Origin: an uncultured Acidobacteriota bacterium
Lineage (GTDB): Bacteria > Acidobacteriota > Terriglobia > Terriglobales > Acidobacteriaceae
Reading direction: 5' to 3'
DNA: 64,000 nucleotides
Assembly (NCBI GenBank): GCA_963838785.1
Contig: CAWISI010000003.1
Location: forward strand, 55,429 to 119,428
Position 1 is the first letter of the stretch. Each line of letters begins with the position of its first letter. A model generated the notes under the pieces. The model saw nothing but the letters and a program-made list of their open reading frames with translations. It did not search any database and had not been told where the DNA came from. This document shows, piece after piece, positions 33,463 through 44,844 of the stretch. The position numbers and the translations under genes were made by a program.

Positions 33463-33639
33463 CTAGTGCCTTAAGGCCCACATCACCCAGCCGGCGATGA
33501 TCAGACCGCCCATGAACATGGCGAAGCAGTAGAGGCCGTAGCGGATTTGCTCGCGAGAGGTGTCGCGGACGGTGATGCCGAAAACTACGGAAGCAAATAC
33601 GGCAAATAGCAGCGCAGCATTGAAGTGAGAAATTGCCAT
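33463..33639 (-). CDS. 58-aa two-TM membrane protein (below the ORF-track cutoff)
   Basis: MAISHFNAALLFAVFASVVFGITVRDTSREQIRYGLYCFAMFMGGLIIAGWVMWALRH. Its ATG overlaps the upstream stop (ATGA). Confidence 0.5.
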   Translation of the reverse strand: MAISHFNAALLFAVFASVVFGITVRDTSREQIRYGLYCFAMFMGGLIIAGWVMWALRH

Positions 33640-34068
33640 CAGGATTTCTTGCCGATCGCGATGTGGTAGGCATCAGCCACGCTGATGAAGTTCAGCAGGC
33701 CGGCCACAATCAGGTACTTGGTCCCGTAATCCGCGGTGGTGTGAGGAACGATGGTGTGGCCAAGATCCATGGCTCGGCTCGCGATGTACATTCCACCGGC
33801 GCCCAGATCGCCGATGAAGCCAAGAATATCGAGAATGTCGCCGCCATTAGGACGATAAATGCGGCCGTCCATGAGCAGGCCGAGCACAAACATCAGGACA
33901 ATGGACGTCATCAACAGCAGGCCGCGGATCCAACGCTTCTGGATCAGATGGCCCGCCCCTGGAATGAGCCAGCCCTACCGCCGGAGCAACCACGGACATG
34001 GTGCTGGGAGAAGTCGCGGGTGGATTTTTCGCCAAAGCAGGATCTTTTCTTGTAGGGGTGGTAGCCAT
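33639..34068 (-). CDS. Small integral membrane protein, unknown function (1 frame break)
   Basis: MATTPTRKDPALAKNPP..., then (other frame) WLIPGAGHLIQKRWIRGLLLMTSIVLMFVLGLL...KYLIVAGLLNFISVADAYHIA. Confidence 0.5.
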
Positions 34069-34116
34069 ATTTCGTTCAGCAGCGGGCCAGAGTTGCGCCC
34101 TCTCACAACGTAACAC

Positions 34117-35286
34117 TCAGATGAGTACGAGTTCACTTTGCATTCTACCAGTTACTTCGGCGCTCTTGCTGCGCACCAGCATGTTGATTTCGCTGCGCAC
34201 GCCGAACTCCGGAAAATAAGCCCCGGGCTCAATCGAGAAAAGACTATTCGGCAGAATGCGGCGCTCGTCGTGGAGTTCGAGATCGTCCATGTTGGCGCCG
34301 TTCGCGTGGACCTCGGTGCCGATCGAGTGTCCGGTGCGGTGGACAAAGTAACTGCCGAGCCCGCATTTCTTAATGTGGCTGCGGACCGCCTGGTCCACTT
34401 GATATCCGGCAATGGTTTGCCCGGCGGCTGATCGATTGCTCTACAAACTTTGCGCCGGCGTCGCGGGCATCGCGCACCGCGTGAAAAACCTCCTGCATGC
34501 GATCGGACGGAGCTTTGCCGACGAATCCTGTCCAGGTGATGTCGTAGTAGACGGCATCAGGCACATCCTGCTTGGCCCAGATGTCGAGCAGCACAAAATC
34601 GCCTTCGCGGATGGGCGCTGAATTGGAGCTGCTGGGCTCGTAATGGGGATTGCCGCTGTTCTGATTGACCGCTACTACGGGTGCGTCAGAGCTGACAAGA
34701 TTTTCACGGCGAAACGCCTCCAGAATCCATTGCTGAATTTCGAATTCAGTTGGTTCCACCTTTACGCACCCGCTGTCCGATTTCCTTAAAAGCGGCTGCG
34801 GTGATTTTGTCCAGCGCGTCGCGGGCCCCGAAATGGGTCTTGATCTGATCATCGGTCAGCGTGGCTTCGAAAAGCGCGACCAGGTCACCGGAGCTGACAA
34901 CATTCTTCCCCAGCCCGCGAATCAGCTCCAGGGTCCCGCCGTCGACCAGGGAAATCGTGAAAATGCTGTTGTTGGGCGAGTACTGCATGGCAATGTCGCG
35001 CGAGGCCGGACAGCATCTGCTTCAGGCCCTCAAATAACTCCTGCCATGCCGCATAGGACCGTTTTCTGCCGGGCAAAGTGTCCAGATGCCCAGCCTCGAT
35101 TTTGTGGACCAGCTTTTGCGGTTCGCCTTCGGCTGGAATGAGATAAAACCAGCGGCGGGTGACCATGAGCTTCTCCGGCAGTCCCAGCACCCGGTAGGCG
35201 ATGGAATCGCGATGGTGATGATCGCAGAAGAGCCAGGCGTCGAGGTTGCGTTCGCGAAGGGCAGCTTGGATGGCGGAAAGTTTCAT
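34117..35286 (-). CDS. M24-family Xaa-Pro aminopeptidase (3 frame breaks)
   Basis: Creatinase-like N-terminus (MKLSAIQAALRERNLDAWLF). Pita-bread core DFVLLDIWA, YYDITWT, HRTGHSIG, FSIEPG. Confidence 0.75.
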
Positions 35287-35556
35287 AAGTCCAACTTAAT
35301 GATGAGAGAAACATTGTAACCACTAGCCAGAGGATTTTGAATGACGGTCGAAGTTTCGAAAGATCGCGATGCCGTCAAAAAGATCGCTGGGATGCATACT
35401 GCAACGAAATTGTTGCATTTTTTGATTCCCCCGGCGTAAGATGAAGCTGGACGCGCCCTTCGACGTCTTTTGTACAAGCTGCCCTTACTTCCTAGGTTCA
35501 ACTTAACGAGCTGTCTCAAAAAAGAAGAGAAGCGGGCCGGTTGCTTCTCGACCAGC

Positions 35557-36306
35557 ATGGAGAGACCTCTTATGTCCTGGTACGCGTATTGCCTTACTGA
35601 GCACCAGAATCACACCAACGGAACCCGCACGCGTCGCCCATTCATCCTAGAAGGCATTCAGGGAGTGAACGGCGCCACAATCCTGAGCTATCCCAGCGGC
35701 GAATTTTCAGTGATCGTCAGCGAATTCGACCGAACCACCAATAATCTCGATGAAAAGCATGTTCTGGAGCACGCGCGCGTGGTAAGCGTGTGTTTCCGCC
35801 AGGGAACGGTGCTGCCGTTCCGTTTTGGGACAATTTTTGACAGCGACGAATCGTTGCGGCAGGCGGTCCGCAATAATCGACGCGCCTTTGGCGAGAGCGT
35901 CGCCCGGCTGAAAGGCAAAGCCGAGATGCACGTGAAGCTTCTGGTCCGCAACGGCACGCTTAAGCCATTTCAGGATATACAGATACCGGACACCGTCGGC
36001 GGTGAGTATCTGATTAAATTGCGCGAAAAAGCGGTTGCAGATCGCGAACGCCAGACCAAAGCTAAGGCGCTTTCAGTTCAGGTACACCGGCTGTTCAGCC
36101 CACTCGAAGAAGAAGTCAGCTGCAAGCGGGTCAATACCGACGGCATGCTGATCGATATCGCGCATCTGATTGATTCTAAATCGGTTGAGAAATACCAGAA
36201 CCGCTATACCAATGCCGCTAAGCAATTTAAAGATTGTGAGATCTCGGTCAGCGGGCCGTGGCCACCGTATCACTTCATGCCCGGCAAGCTGCGCACCGTC
36301 GCCTAG
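35557..36306 (+). CDS. GvpL/GvpF-family protein (gas-vesicle-associated family), solitary
   Basis: Intact. YAYCL start, FSVIVSEF, HARVVSVCFRQGTVLPFRFGTIF, GKAEMHVKLL, and terminal SGPWPPYHF match the GvpL/GvpF pattern. Confidence 0.65.
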   Translation: MERPLMSWYAYCLTEHQNHTNGTRTRRPFILEGIQGVNGATILSYPSGEFSVIVSEFDRTTNNLDEKHVLEHARVVSVCFRQGTVLPFRFGTIFDSDESLRQAVRNNRRAFGESVARLKGKAEMHVKLLVRNGTLKPFQDIQIPDTVGGEYLIKLREKAVADRERQTKAKALSVQVHRLFSPLEEEVSCKRVNTDGMLIDIAHLIDSKSVEKYQNRYTNAAKQFKDCEISVSGPWPPYHFMPGKLRTVA

Positions 36307-36310
36307 GATT

Positions 36311-36348
36311 GAGGCACAGTCTGCGGCGCTGGCCGGCGACTGTGTCTC
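36311..36348. terminator. Hairpin between convergent gvpL-like and sensor genes
   Basis: GAGGCACAGT-18 nt-ACTGTGTCTC (one G-U pair). It overlaps the sensor gene stop. Confidence 0.45.
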
Positions 36349-36944
36349 ATTCGTGCCTCCGGATCACCCTCGAACCAATATCCGAGATCAGCAGCGCACC
36401 CGCTATTGCCACCACAATTCCCAGTAACAGCACTTTCCGCGCGTGCTCGAGCGCAATGTCGATATCTGCCAGCGGATAGCCAAGCCGCACAGCGCCACCA
36501 GGCACTGGCACGGCCACGTAGAGTACGGGAATTCCGAACAGGGTTCGCTTGCGAGACTCTATTCCAGTCTGGCCGCGCAGGGCGGCGGCAAATTCCGGGC
36601 GCTTACCTTCGCCTTCCAGGCTTGCAACCGGGATTTCGGAATCGGCGATCACGGTTCCCGTTGACATCGATCACGGTGGCCCGAGCCCCGGCGAATTGCC
36701 CTTCCTGGGCGGCGATATCGCTGATTTTGTGAATGTGATCGGTATCGACGGCGGCGGCAAACATTCGAGCTTTGGCCGTCAGGTCGCGGGTAATCTCCTG
36801 CCGCATGGTCTCGCGCCAGAACTGATTCACGCTGACGCTGATAGCGAACGACATCACAATGATTATCGCCAGGGACGAAAGGAAAAGAAGCAGGAAGGTT
36901 CCGCGGCGACGGGTGTTTCGCGGCGGGACAATCTCAGTGGCCAT
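36347..36944 (-). CDS. TM-periplasmic sensor domain-TM protein with no transmitter domain (1 frame break)
   Basis: TM1 FLLLFLSSLAIIIVMSFAI. PhoR-like sensor segment VIDVNG..VIADSE....EGKRPEFAAALRGQTGIESRKR..LFGIPVLYVAVP. TM2 VLLLGIVVAIAGALLI, then a stop. Confidence 0.55.
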
Positions 36945-39442
36945 TGGTGGTCAGGGCCAGAGCAAGCAGCGCCTTTTGTTCCACCTCGTGCGCTTTTGCG
37001 GAGCCGGTAGCCGGGCTGGGGCTGGCCGAGCGTTTCACTGACATGACTGGGCGTTCGCCCGCCAGGTGCTTCAAGCGTGGCAGCATGTAATTCAGCGCGC
37101 CCATGTTGGCCGGCTCTTCCTGTACCCAGACGATTTCATGCGCGCTGCTATGGCGTTCCAGTTCAGCGGCAATCTCGGCTTCAGGAAACGGGTATAGCTG
37201 CTCGACAAATGTGATCGCGATGCCGAGGTCTTTTTTCCTCTTGCGCTCTCGACTGCGAAGCTCATGGCCGATTTTGCCGGTGCACAGCAGAATGCGGCGT
37301 GCGTCCGTAGCCTCAAGATCAGGCCGGACTTTCAGAAAGCTTCCGCTGGAGAACTCTTCGATCGACGACGAAGCATCCGGATGCCGCAACATGCTCTTGG
37401 GGGTGAACACCACCAGCGGCTTTCGCCATGGCCGAAGCGCCTGCCGCCGGAGCAGATGAAAATATTGCGCGGCATTCGAAGGCTGGCAAATCTGGAAATT
37501 GTCGGCCGCAGCCAGTTGCAGAAAGCGCTCGATACGCGCGCTGGAGTGCTCCGGACCCTGGCCTTCGTAGCCGTGCGGCAGCAGCAATACGAGGCCCGAC
37601 AGCAGGTCCCACTTGAACTCTCCCGCCACAATGAACTGGTCGATGATGGCCTGCGCTACGTTGGCGAAATCGCCGAACTGCGCTTCCCACATGACCAGCG
37701 TCTCGGGATAATCGCGGCTGTAGCCGTATTCGAAGCCCAACACTCCGGCTTCTGAGAGAGTCGAATTATAGATAGCGCACGCCGCCTGTCGGTCGGAGAC
37801 ATGTTGCAGCGGAACGTATTCCTGCTCGTTCTCAATATCGATCAGCACTGAGTGCCGCTGGTTGAATGTTCCGCGGCGGCTGTCCTGCCCGCTGAGACGC
37901 ACCGGCGTGCCGGCTTTCACCAGACTGGCAAAAGCCAAGGCTTCCGCCATGCCGTAATCGACGGTGCGCTTCCCGTTGCCCATTTCCGCGCGCTGCTCAA
38001 GCAGCTTCCCGACTTTGGGATGAATGTGAAAGTCTGGCGGATAAGTCGTGAGCCGCTCGGTCAGCGCCTGCAACTCTTCGGCTGGCGACCGCGGTCTCTA
38101 CTTCATATTCCGGCTTGTAACGTTTGCCGTGATACTTGTCCCAGTAATTCGGCAAAGCGCGCATCATCGGCTTCTTGCGAATGTGCCCGGCACGTTTTTG
38201 CGCGGCTTCGAATTCAGCCTTGATCGCGTCGGCGCGCGATTTCGCATCTTCAATTCCGGCGTCTTCGGCGTAGATCTCCCAGAGCGGAGGATGCTCTTTG
38301 ATCGCCTTATACAGCAGCGGCTGGGTAATGGTGGGATCATCCACTTCGCTGTGACCGTGGCGGCGATAACCGATGAGATCGACCACGACATCGCTGCCGA
38401 ATTTGTAGCGATACTCCAGCGCCATGCGCCCCACGCGTATGACCGCATCAACGTCTTCGGCATTGACGTGAAAGATGGGCACATTCTGGCGGCGAGCCAA
38501 CTGCGCCGCAAATCGTCGAGGAATGCAGTTCGCTGGGCACAGTGGTGAATCCGATAAGGTTATTGACGATCACATGCACGGTGCCGCCTACGCTATAGCC
38601 GCGGACTTCGGCCATGTTCAAGAGTCTCGGCGAAAACTCCCTGTCCCGCGAAAGCGCCGTCGCCGTGCACCAGCAACGGAAGGAATTGTTCTTTCCCGCC
38701 ATCGCCGGCGCGGTCTTGCTTGGCGCGGGTGCGGCCGACAGTTACGGGATCGACGGCTTCAAGGTGGCTCGGATTCGAAACCAGGTGAATGTGGACCTTG
38801 GCGCCGCTGCGAGTCTCATACTCTCCGGTCGCGCCCATGTGATATTTCACATCGCCGCTGCCCAGAACGCTGCGCGGATCGACATCTTCGAATCCGGCAA
38901 AAACTTCTTCGGGCGCGCGCTTTCGCCACATGCGTAATCACATTCAGGCGCCCGCGATGGCTCATGCCCATCACCAGCTCCACTGCGCCATGCTGCGCCG
39001 CGCCATCGAGAATTTCATCCACCAGCGGGATGAGCGCAGTCACGCCTTCGAGCGAAAAGCGCTTGGTGCCCAGATATCGCTGCTGCAGCACTAACTCGAA
39101 AAGATCGGCGCGAATCAGCAGATCAAGCGCGCGGTCCTGATCGACCGAAGGCGCAGCCGCTTCCATGCGCTCTTGAATCCAGCGACGGCGCTCGCCGTCG
39201 GTGATGTGGGCGAACTCAACTCCAACCGTGCTGCAATAAAACCGGCGGGCTTCTTCGGCATATTCGCTTTCGCGCGGCAGGTCAGGGTGGGGCGCGGGCT
39301 GCAAAAATCCCAACGGATCGAGATCGGCTTCCAGATATCCCCACTGGCGGTAGAGGTCAAACACCCGTTCGCGCTCACCATTAGGGGCTTCCATTACAGC
39401 GGTACCGGCAGAGTTGCCGGATTTGGATTGTCGGCTAGGCAT
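36934..39442 (-). CDS. sucA: 2-oxoglutarate dehydrogenase E1 component (at least 4 frame breaks)
   Basis: [101 protein letters not shown]. Confidence 0.9.
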
Positions 39443-39555
39443 AAGTCGTACTACTAGAATAAAGGATGCTGCAGGCCGCGTGCTTGATTCTTGAGTGACT
39501 TTAGTACGAAGGCGGGATACAAACAAAACTGCCCTGAGCTGGGCCCAGGGCAGAA

Positions 39556-39843
39556 TCAAAAATTAGAATGAACCCATTTTACGGCCAGCGTTTGGCGTTG
39601 TCTTCCCATCCAGCGGCGCGGGCGGTCGGCTGGGACTTGGTTGACAGCCGGTTGCGGAATGCGAATGGGCTGTTGCGGGGCGGGAGTAGCGGCCGGAGCA
39701 AGCGTTGGCTTGGCGCCGGTTTCAGCACCGATGTCTTTATCGTCGGACAGAAGCGGAGCGGCTACCCGCAGAGCCTCGACTTCTTTTTCCAGCCGGGCCA
39801 TTTCCAGTTCCTTCTGCCGGAGAACCTCGTAAACATTCTTCAT
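39556..39843 (-). CDS. Small coiled-coil protein (paralog of 769..951) with Pro-rich tail
   Basis: MKNVYEVLRQKELEMARLEKEVEALRVAAPLL. Confidence 0.5.
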   Translation of the reverse strand: MKNVYEVLRQKELEMARLEKEVEALRVAAPLLSDDKDIGAETGAKPTLAPAATPAPQQPIRIPQPAVNQVPADRPRRWMGRQRQTLAVKWVHSNF

Positions 39844-40023
39844 ATTTGGGCACCTGTGAGAGAAACTACAGCCTAAAAACCTTGATCGAACTTTATGCAG
39901 CTAAAAGGAATTTGTCAAGAAAGAAGGCCGGATCTGGCACCGATGTCCTATCCCCGGAGCCATAACATGTCGCCGCCATACATGGTTCCTGATGGTTTGC
40001 CGCTTGAAAATCAGCCCCACGGA

Positions 40024-40504
40024 ATGGTGTACTCTGTTTTCTCATGCGATCGCTTTTGGCTCTGCTCTCTTCTGCTCCTGCCCCTGCTCGCGGCCGCTCC
40101 GCAATCCGTACCTCCCGCAACTGACGATTACTCCGGCATGTACACCTTCCTGCGCGAAGGTGAGTTCATCCAGGTGACGATCGAGGAAGAAGGCAAGGTC
40201 AGCGGCTTCATTTCACGCTTTGGCGATTCGGACACGGATAAAAACGAATTTCTTGACCAATTTTTTGAGTCGGGAAAGCTGGATTCGGGGCACCTGACAT
40301 TCACCACCAAAAAATTCACGGAAGCTGGTTTACGTTCGATGGGACGATGGGTCGAGGTAGCAGCGAAAAAGCCGGAAGATGAAGGCATATTACGTGATTC
40401 GCGGGACACTGACTCGCTTCCAGACTGACGCCGACAAGAAAAATACTTCGCAGCAGGCGCGGCGGGTAGAGTTCAAATCTTTTCCCCGAGATGTGACGCC
40501 TTAA
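40024..40504 (+). CDS. Secreted hypothetical protein (frame breaks near the C-terminus)
   Basis: Signal-like LCSLLLLPLLAAAP; YSGMYTFLREGEFIQVTIEEEGKVSGFISRFGD. The C-terminus YYVIRGTLTRFQTD is recovered in another frame. Confidence 0.45.
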
Positions 40505-40565
40505 GCGCCACATCTTGCCGTGGTCCACGATCGTCAGAGAGTTGAAAGACGTTACTCAGGAGCCG

Positions 40566-43500
40566 CTAAAAGAGGAACTTCAAGGCGACCTGAATCACTC
40601 TGGGAGCTACATCGGACTGGATCTGTCCGAACGTTGCAGACTCGATATCGCTGACCGGCAATCGGAAGTTCGTGTGATTCAGGAAATTGAAAAGTTCGCC
40701 GCGGAACTGCAGTTGTTTGGATTCGGTCAAGCGAATGTTCTTGAGCGCAGAGAAGTCCCAGTTCACGTATCCCGGGCCGAGCACAGCGTTACGGCCTTCG
40801 TTCCCGAAAACCTCAAACCGTCCCTGCGGGTCGGGTTGCAGTTGTTGAAACGCGCTCACATTGAACCATTCCGCGGCGGTGCGTGGGCCGGAGTTTGGAT
40901 TTCCAATCACGTTCGGGCCGATTGCTGGAAAATCCGGAGATTTCCGGGGCCTGCCCCTGCAAGGAAACGTCATTTGAATCGAAGACGGTGAATGGGGTTC
41001 CGCTCATGGCGGTGAAAATTCCGTTCAACTGCCAATTCCCGAGAACTTTTCCGTACCACTGGCTGCGAGTGCTGGAAGAATGGCAGGCTCCACTCATAGC
41101 TGAGTACGAAGCGATTGCGCGAGTCGAACATCGAAGGTGCCGCGTTCGGCGGCAAGATCAAATGGGTTTTGTGCCAGGTCGTTTTCGCCGGCGACCGGCT
41201 GCGAAGCCGATCCGGTGATGTTGAAAGAGGAAACGTCATCGATCGAATGCGACCAGGTGTAAGAGGCGAGGAACGAAAGCCCGTGAGCGAACTGCTTACG
41301 CAGGCTGGTTTGCAGTGCATTGTAGCTCGAATGTGAAAGACCCGCGATTTCGCCGACCGAACTGTAAATGCAATTGTTCGGCTGCGCCAGCGTGCACCCT
41401 GAATAAAGTCGGCGCTGGTTCACGTTATTTTCGGAAGAGATAGGACAAGAGCTTGCCCCGGAGCAGTCCGCTGGATTGTTGTCTATGCCGGGCACATACA
41501 CGGCCGGATTTCCTTCAATCAGCCGCGGCAACTTCACGCCTGCGGTGCCGACGTATCCGATCTGAAATAGAAAGTCAGCGCCAAGAGAGCGCTGGATATT
41601 CAGGTTCCAGTCCTGCGCGTACGGCAATCGCAGATTGCGCGAGACGACCAGCAGAGTCATCGGCTCCGGAAAAGGAACGCCGAAGGGATTTGGGCCGGGG
41701 TAGGGATTCGCGAACGAAAAGCCGGGGCGCCACATGAGCTGCTGAGTTTTCAAGTACGGCGGCGCGCTGATCGGATCTTGCAGCGGGCCTCCCTGGCCGG
41801 TGTAGTAGGGTTCGTAGAAAATTCCGTAGGCTGCGCTGATGACCGTCTTCGCGTCACCGCGCGGGTCCCAGGCGAAACCCACACGCGGAGCAAATGCGGT
41901 TTTTTCCGCCGGAATCAACCCGCCGGAACGCCGGGGTCGCCAGGATATAGCAGTCCGCGCGGGCGCATCTGGGAATTACCGTGGACTGTGCTCCGGGAAC
42001 GAAGAGGTTCATGCGATTTTTGTTTTCAGTCGCAGGAAGCGGAAGTTCGTAACGCAATCCCAGATTCAAGGTCAGGCGGGATGTGACTTTGTAATTGTCC
42101 TGGACAAAAGCGTTGACGGCGCGGTCGCGGATCTCGCGGCCGAAATCTCCGCCGCCTTGCAGAAATACCACTGGGTTAGCCGACAGGTAATTGGCGAACC
42201 CGTCGTTGTAAAGAAAACTTGCCTGCGACGGAATGCCGGCGAAGACGAAGAACCCGTTCGTGGCAATTCCTTGCAGCCCATTGATCTGGTCGCGCCGGTA
42301 GCCTCCGCCAAATTTCAGCTCATGGCGACCGAAAATCTTGCTGAGCGACCCCGATAAATCAAAAGTGTTTTGATATGTATTGCGCGGACCGGTAATCGGA
42401 TCGCCGACAGAAGCGTATCCTCCGATCTGAATGAATGGAGGCCCAGCCGCTTCGGGCAAAGTGGGCTGATACTGGAAGCCCAAATCAGCCGGCGACTCGT
42501 GATTCAAGTGTTGGCTGAGCAGGAAGGTGTTGCGCAGAAACGAGAAGCGAACCACGCCGATGGTATTGGGAGAGAAGACGTGCGTTTCCTGCGTGACAAA
42601 ATTCTGCGCCCGATCGTATTCGCCCACAGGAAAGCCGGGAACACTCGCGCCGGAAGGCGAAACCGGATCGGTGGTCGGCCCAGTGCTGAACATGTAGCGG
42701 AAATTCAAATTGTCGGCAGAGGTCAGATATTGATCCAGGCGCAACCCAAATTGGTCGTTGTTTTCGGACAATGTCTGGGTGGTGATGTATCCGTTCGAAC
42801 CATTGTTAGGTGAGGGAAAAAATCCAAGCATCTTGGCCGCAACTGGATCGATCGGAGTGAACAAGGTCGACTGATTAAAAGGAACCGGCGTTCCAAAGAA
42901 TGTGAGCTGTCCTGCAGAGTTGCTGCACATTCCGGCGCCGTCAAATGTTCCGCCACCCGAGGTACACAATTCGCCGAGGTTCCCTTGTTTCTCAGCCGCT
43001 GAAGGCACGGTCGCAGCTACCGTCTCTCCCTGTCGGTTACGGAAACCTTCGTAGTATCCGAAGAAGAATGTCTTGTCTTTGACGATCGGGCCGCCGAACG
43101 TGCCGCCGAACTGGTTCTGCTTTAGCGGCTGAACCGTCTGCGTAAAGTGATCGGAGGAGTCCATGGCGTCATTGCGCAAAAATTCCCAGGCCGCGCCATG
43201 AAACGAATTGGTCCCGGAGCGGGTGACGATGTTGGTCGTCGAACCCGTGTTCCTGCCAAACTCGGCATTCGCGTTATGACTCAAAATCTTGAATTCTGCG
43301 ATGGCATCGATCGGCGGCTTCAGGACGAAACCTCCGTCGACGGCACTTTCGTTGTCGGCGCCATCGATCATGAAATTGTTCGATTCCGGGCGCTGACCAT
43401 CGACCGCATAAGCTTGATTTTGGCGCGCCGGCCCTCCGGCTTCGAGCAAGCCAGGCGTTAATGGCACAACTCCAGGCTGCAAGGTTCCCAGCTGGGAAAA

Positions 43501-43966
43501 ATTGCGGCCATCGAGAGGCAGGTCCAGGATCTGACGTTGCGTCACCGCTTCCCCGAGACTGCTGACGGCATCCTGCACAAGCGCAGCGTCGGCTTTTACT
43601 TCCACTTGCTGGGTGTCCGAACCAACGCGAAGGTGGATGTTAACGGTAGCGACTTGGTTAACATTCAGCGAGATGCCCTGCTGCAAATATTTTTCGAAGT
43701 TCAGGCGCCTGTACCTGCACGTGGTAGTGGCCGATGGGGAGTTCGATGAAAACATAATTGCCCTGATGATCGGCGGTGGTGTTTCGTTCCAACCCAGTCT
43801 CCACCTGGGTCGCGGTGACAGCCGCGTCGCCCACCACTGCACCGTTTGGATCGACGATCGTTCCGCGAATTGTTCCAGTGATTTGCTGAGCCGGAGTAAA
43901 GCGGCACACGAGAATTGCAAACAGCAGATTAGTGACGATCCGCAGCGCAGTCGAAGATTTTGCCAT
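40566..43966 (-). CDS. TonB-dependent receptor with N-terminal CarboxypepD_reg domain (about 1130 aa; at least 4 frame breaks)
   Basis: ITGTIRGTIVDPNGAVVGDAAVTATQVETG...GNYVFIELPIGHY. Plug LDLPLDGRNFSQL, a long beta-barrel, and terminal ...RVIQVALKFLF. Confidence 0.85.
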
Positions 43967-44200
43967 GTCCCCTCGCGAAGATTGTTCGATCAGAAGTTCA
44001 GCGATTATAGGGACGTAAGTTGAAGGGTCAATAATACAAAAGCAGTATTCGACGCAAGCGCGCACCTTGAAATGGAACCAGTAAACTGCTTTCATCCAGA
44101 ACTACTGCTTTTCTACTATTGTTAGGTGTGCCCACCTGGTTTAGTTTTTGAGCCTTTCCAGGTACATACAAATATAGAAACGTATCTCGGGAGAAATCAG

Positions 44201-44830
44201 ATGGCGAGCGACGCACAACAGCCGGAGAAAGCGGAAGATTCACCAGCAGTAAAGCCCGCCACAAAAATCAAAATCATAGAAGACGCAGAAGCGACCGGAG
44301 CTACTGCGGCCGCTTATGACTTCTGGCGCGCCGGGTCGGGAAGGCAACAGGTCCCGGGCATCATCAAGTGTTTCGGCGCACGTCCGGATTTTCTGCAGCA
44401 AGTGGTTCAGTTCTCGAATACCATTCACTTCTCCGAAGGCCATCTTTCGCGAAGGTACAAGGAGATGATTGCCAGCTACGTTTCCTACTTGAACCGGTGT
44501 CCATATTGACTGGACAGCCATGCCTACTTCCTGCGTGTTCAGGGAGCATCCGATGAATGCGTGAGCGCCATTTTCGAGGGCAAGCTCGATGAAGCCGGGC
44601 TCTCGCCCGCCGAGCGCGGGTTAATGGACTACGTGGAATTGATCACCGACGCGGCGTATCGCTCGACCGCGTGAAGATGTGCAGAAACTGAGAGACGCCG
44701 GGATGGAAAGAGGATCAAATCGCCGAAGCGGTTTATATCACCGCAATGTTCGCCTTTTTTAACCGGGTCGCAGATGCATTCGGCATTCCTGCGCAAGATT
44801 ATCTTGCCCACAGGCAAACTGACGCGGTGA
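44201..44830 (+). CDS. Carboxymuconolactone decarboxylase (AhpD-like) family protein (frame breaks; 3' end unresolved)
   Basis: SRRYKEMIASYVSYLNRCPYC..SH (CxxC/H region), and later WKEDQIAEAVYITAMFAFFNRVADAFG. Confidence 0.6.
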
Positions 44831-44844
44831 ACTCCGAAAACACA

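Noticed and set aside
40455-40480. GGGTAGAGTTCAAATCT, which resembles a tRNA T-arm.
   Set aside because: No acceptor, D or anticodon arms can be built around it, and it lies inside the C-terminal coding part of the 40024..40504 gene.
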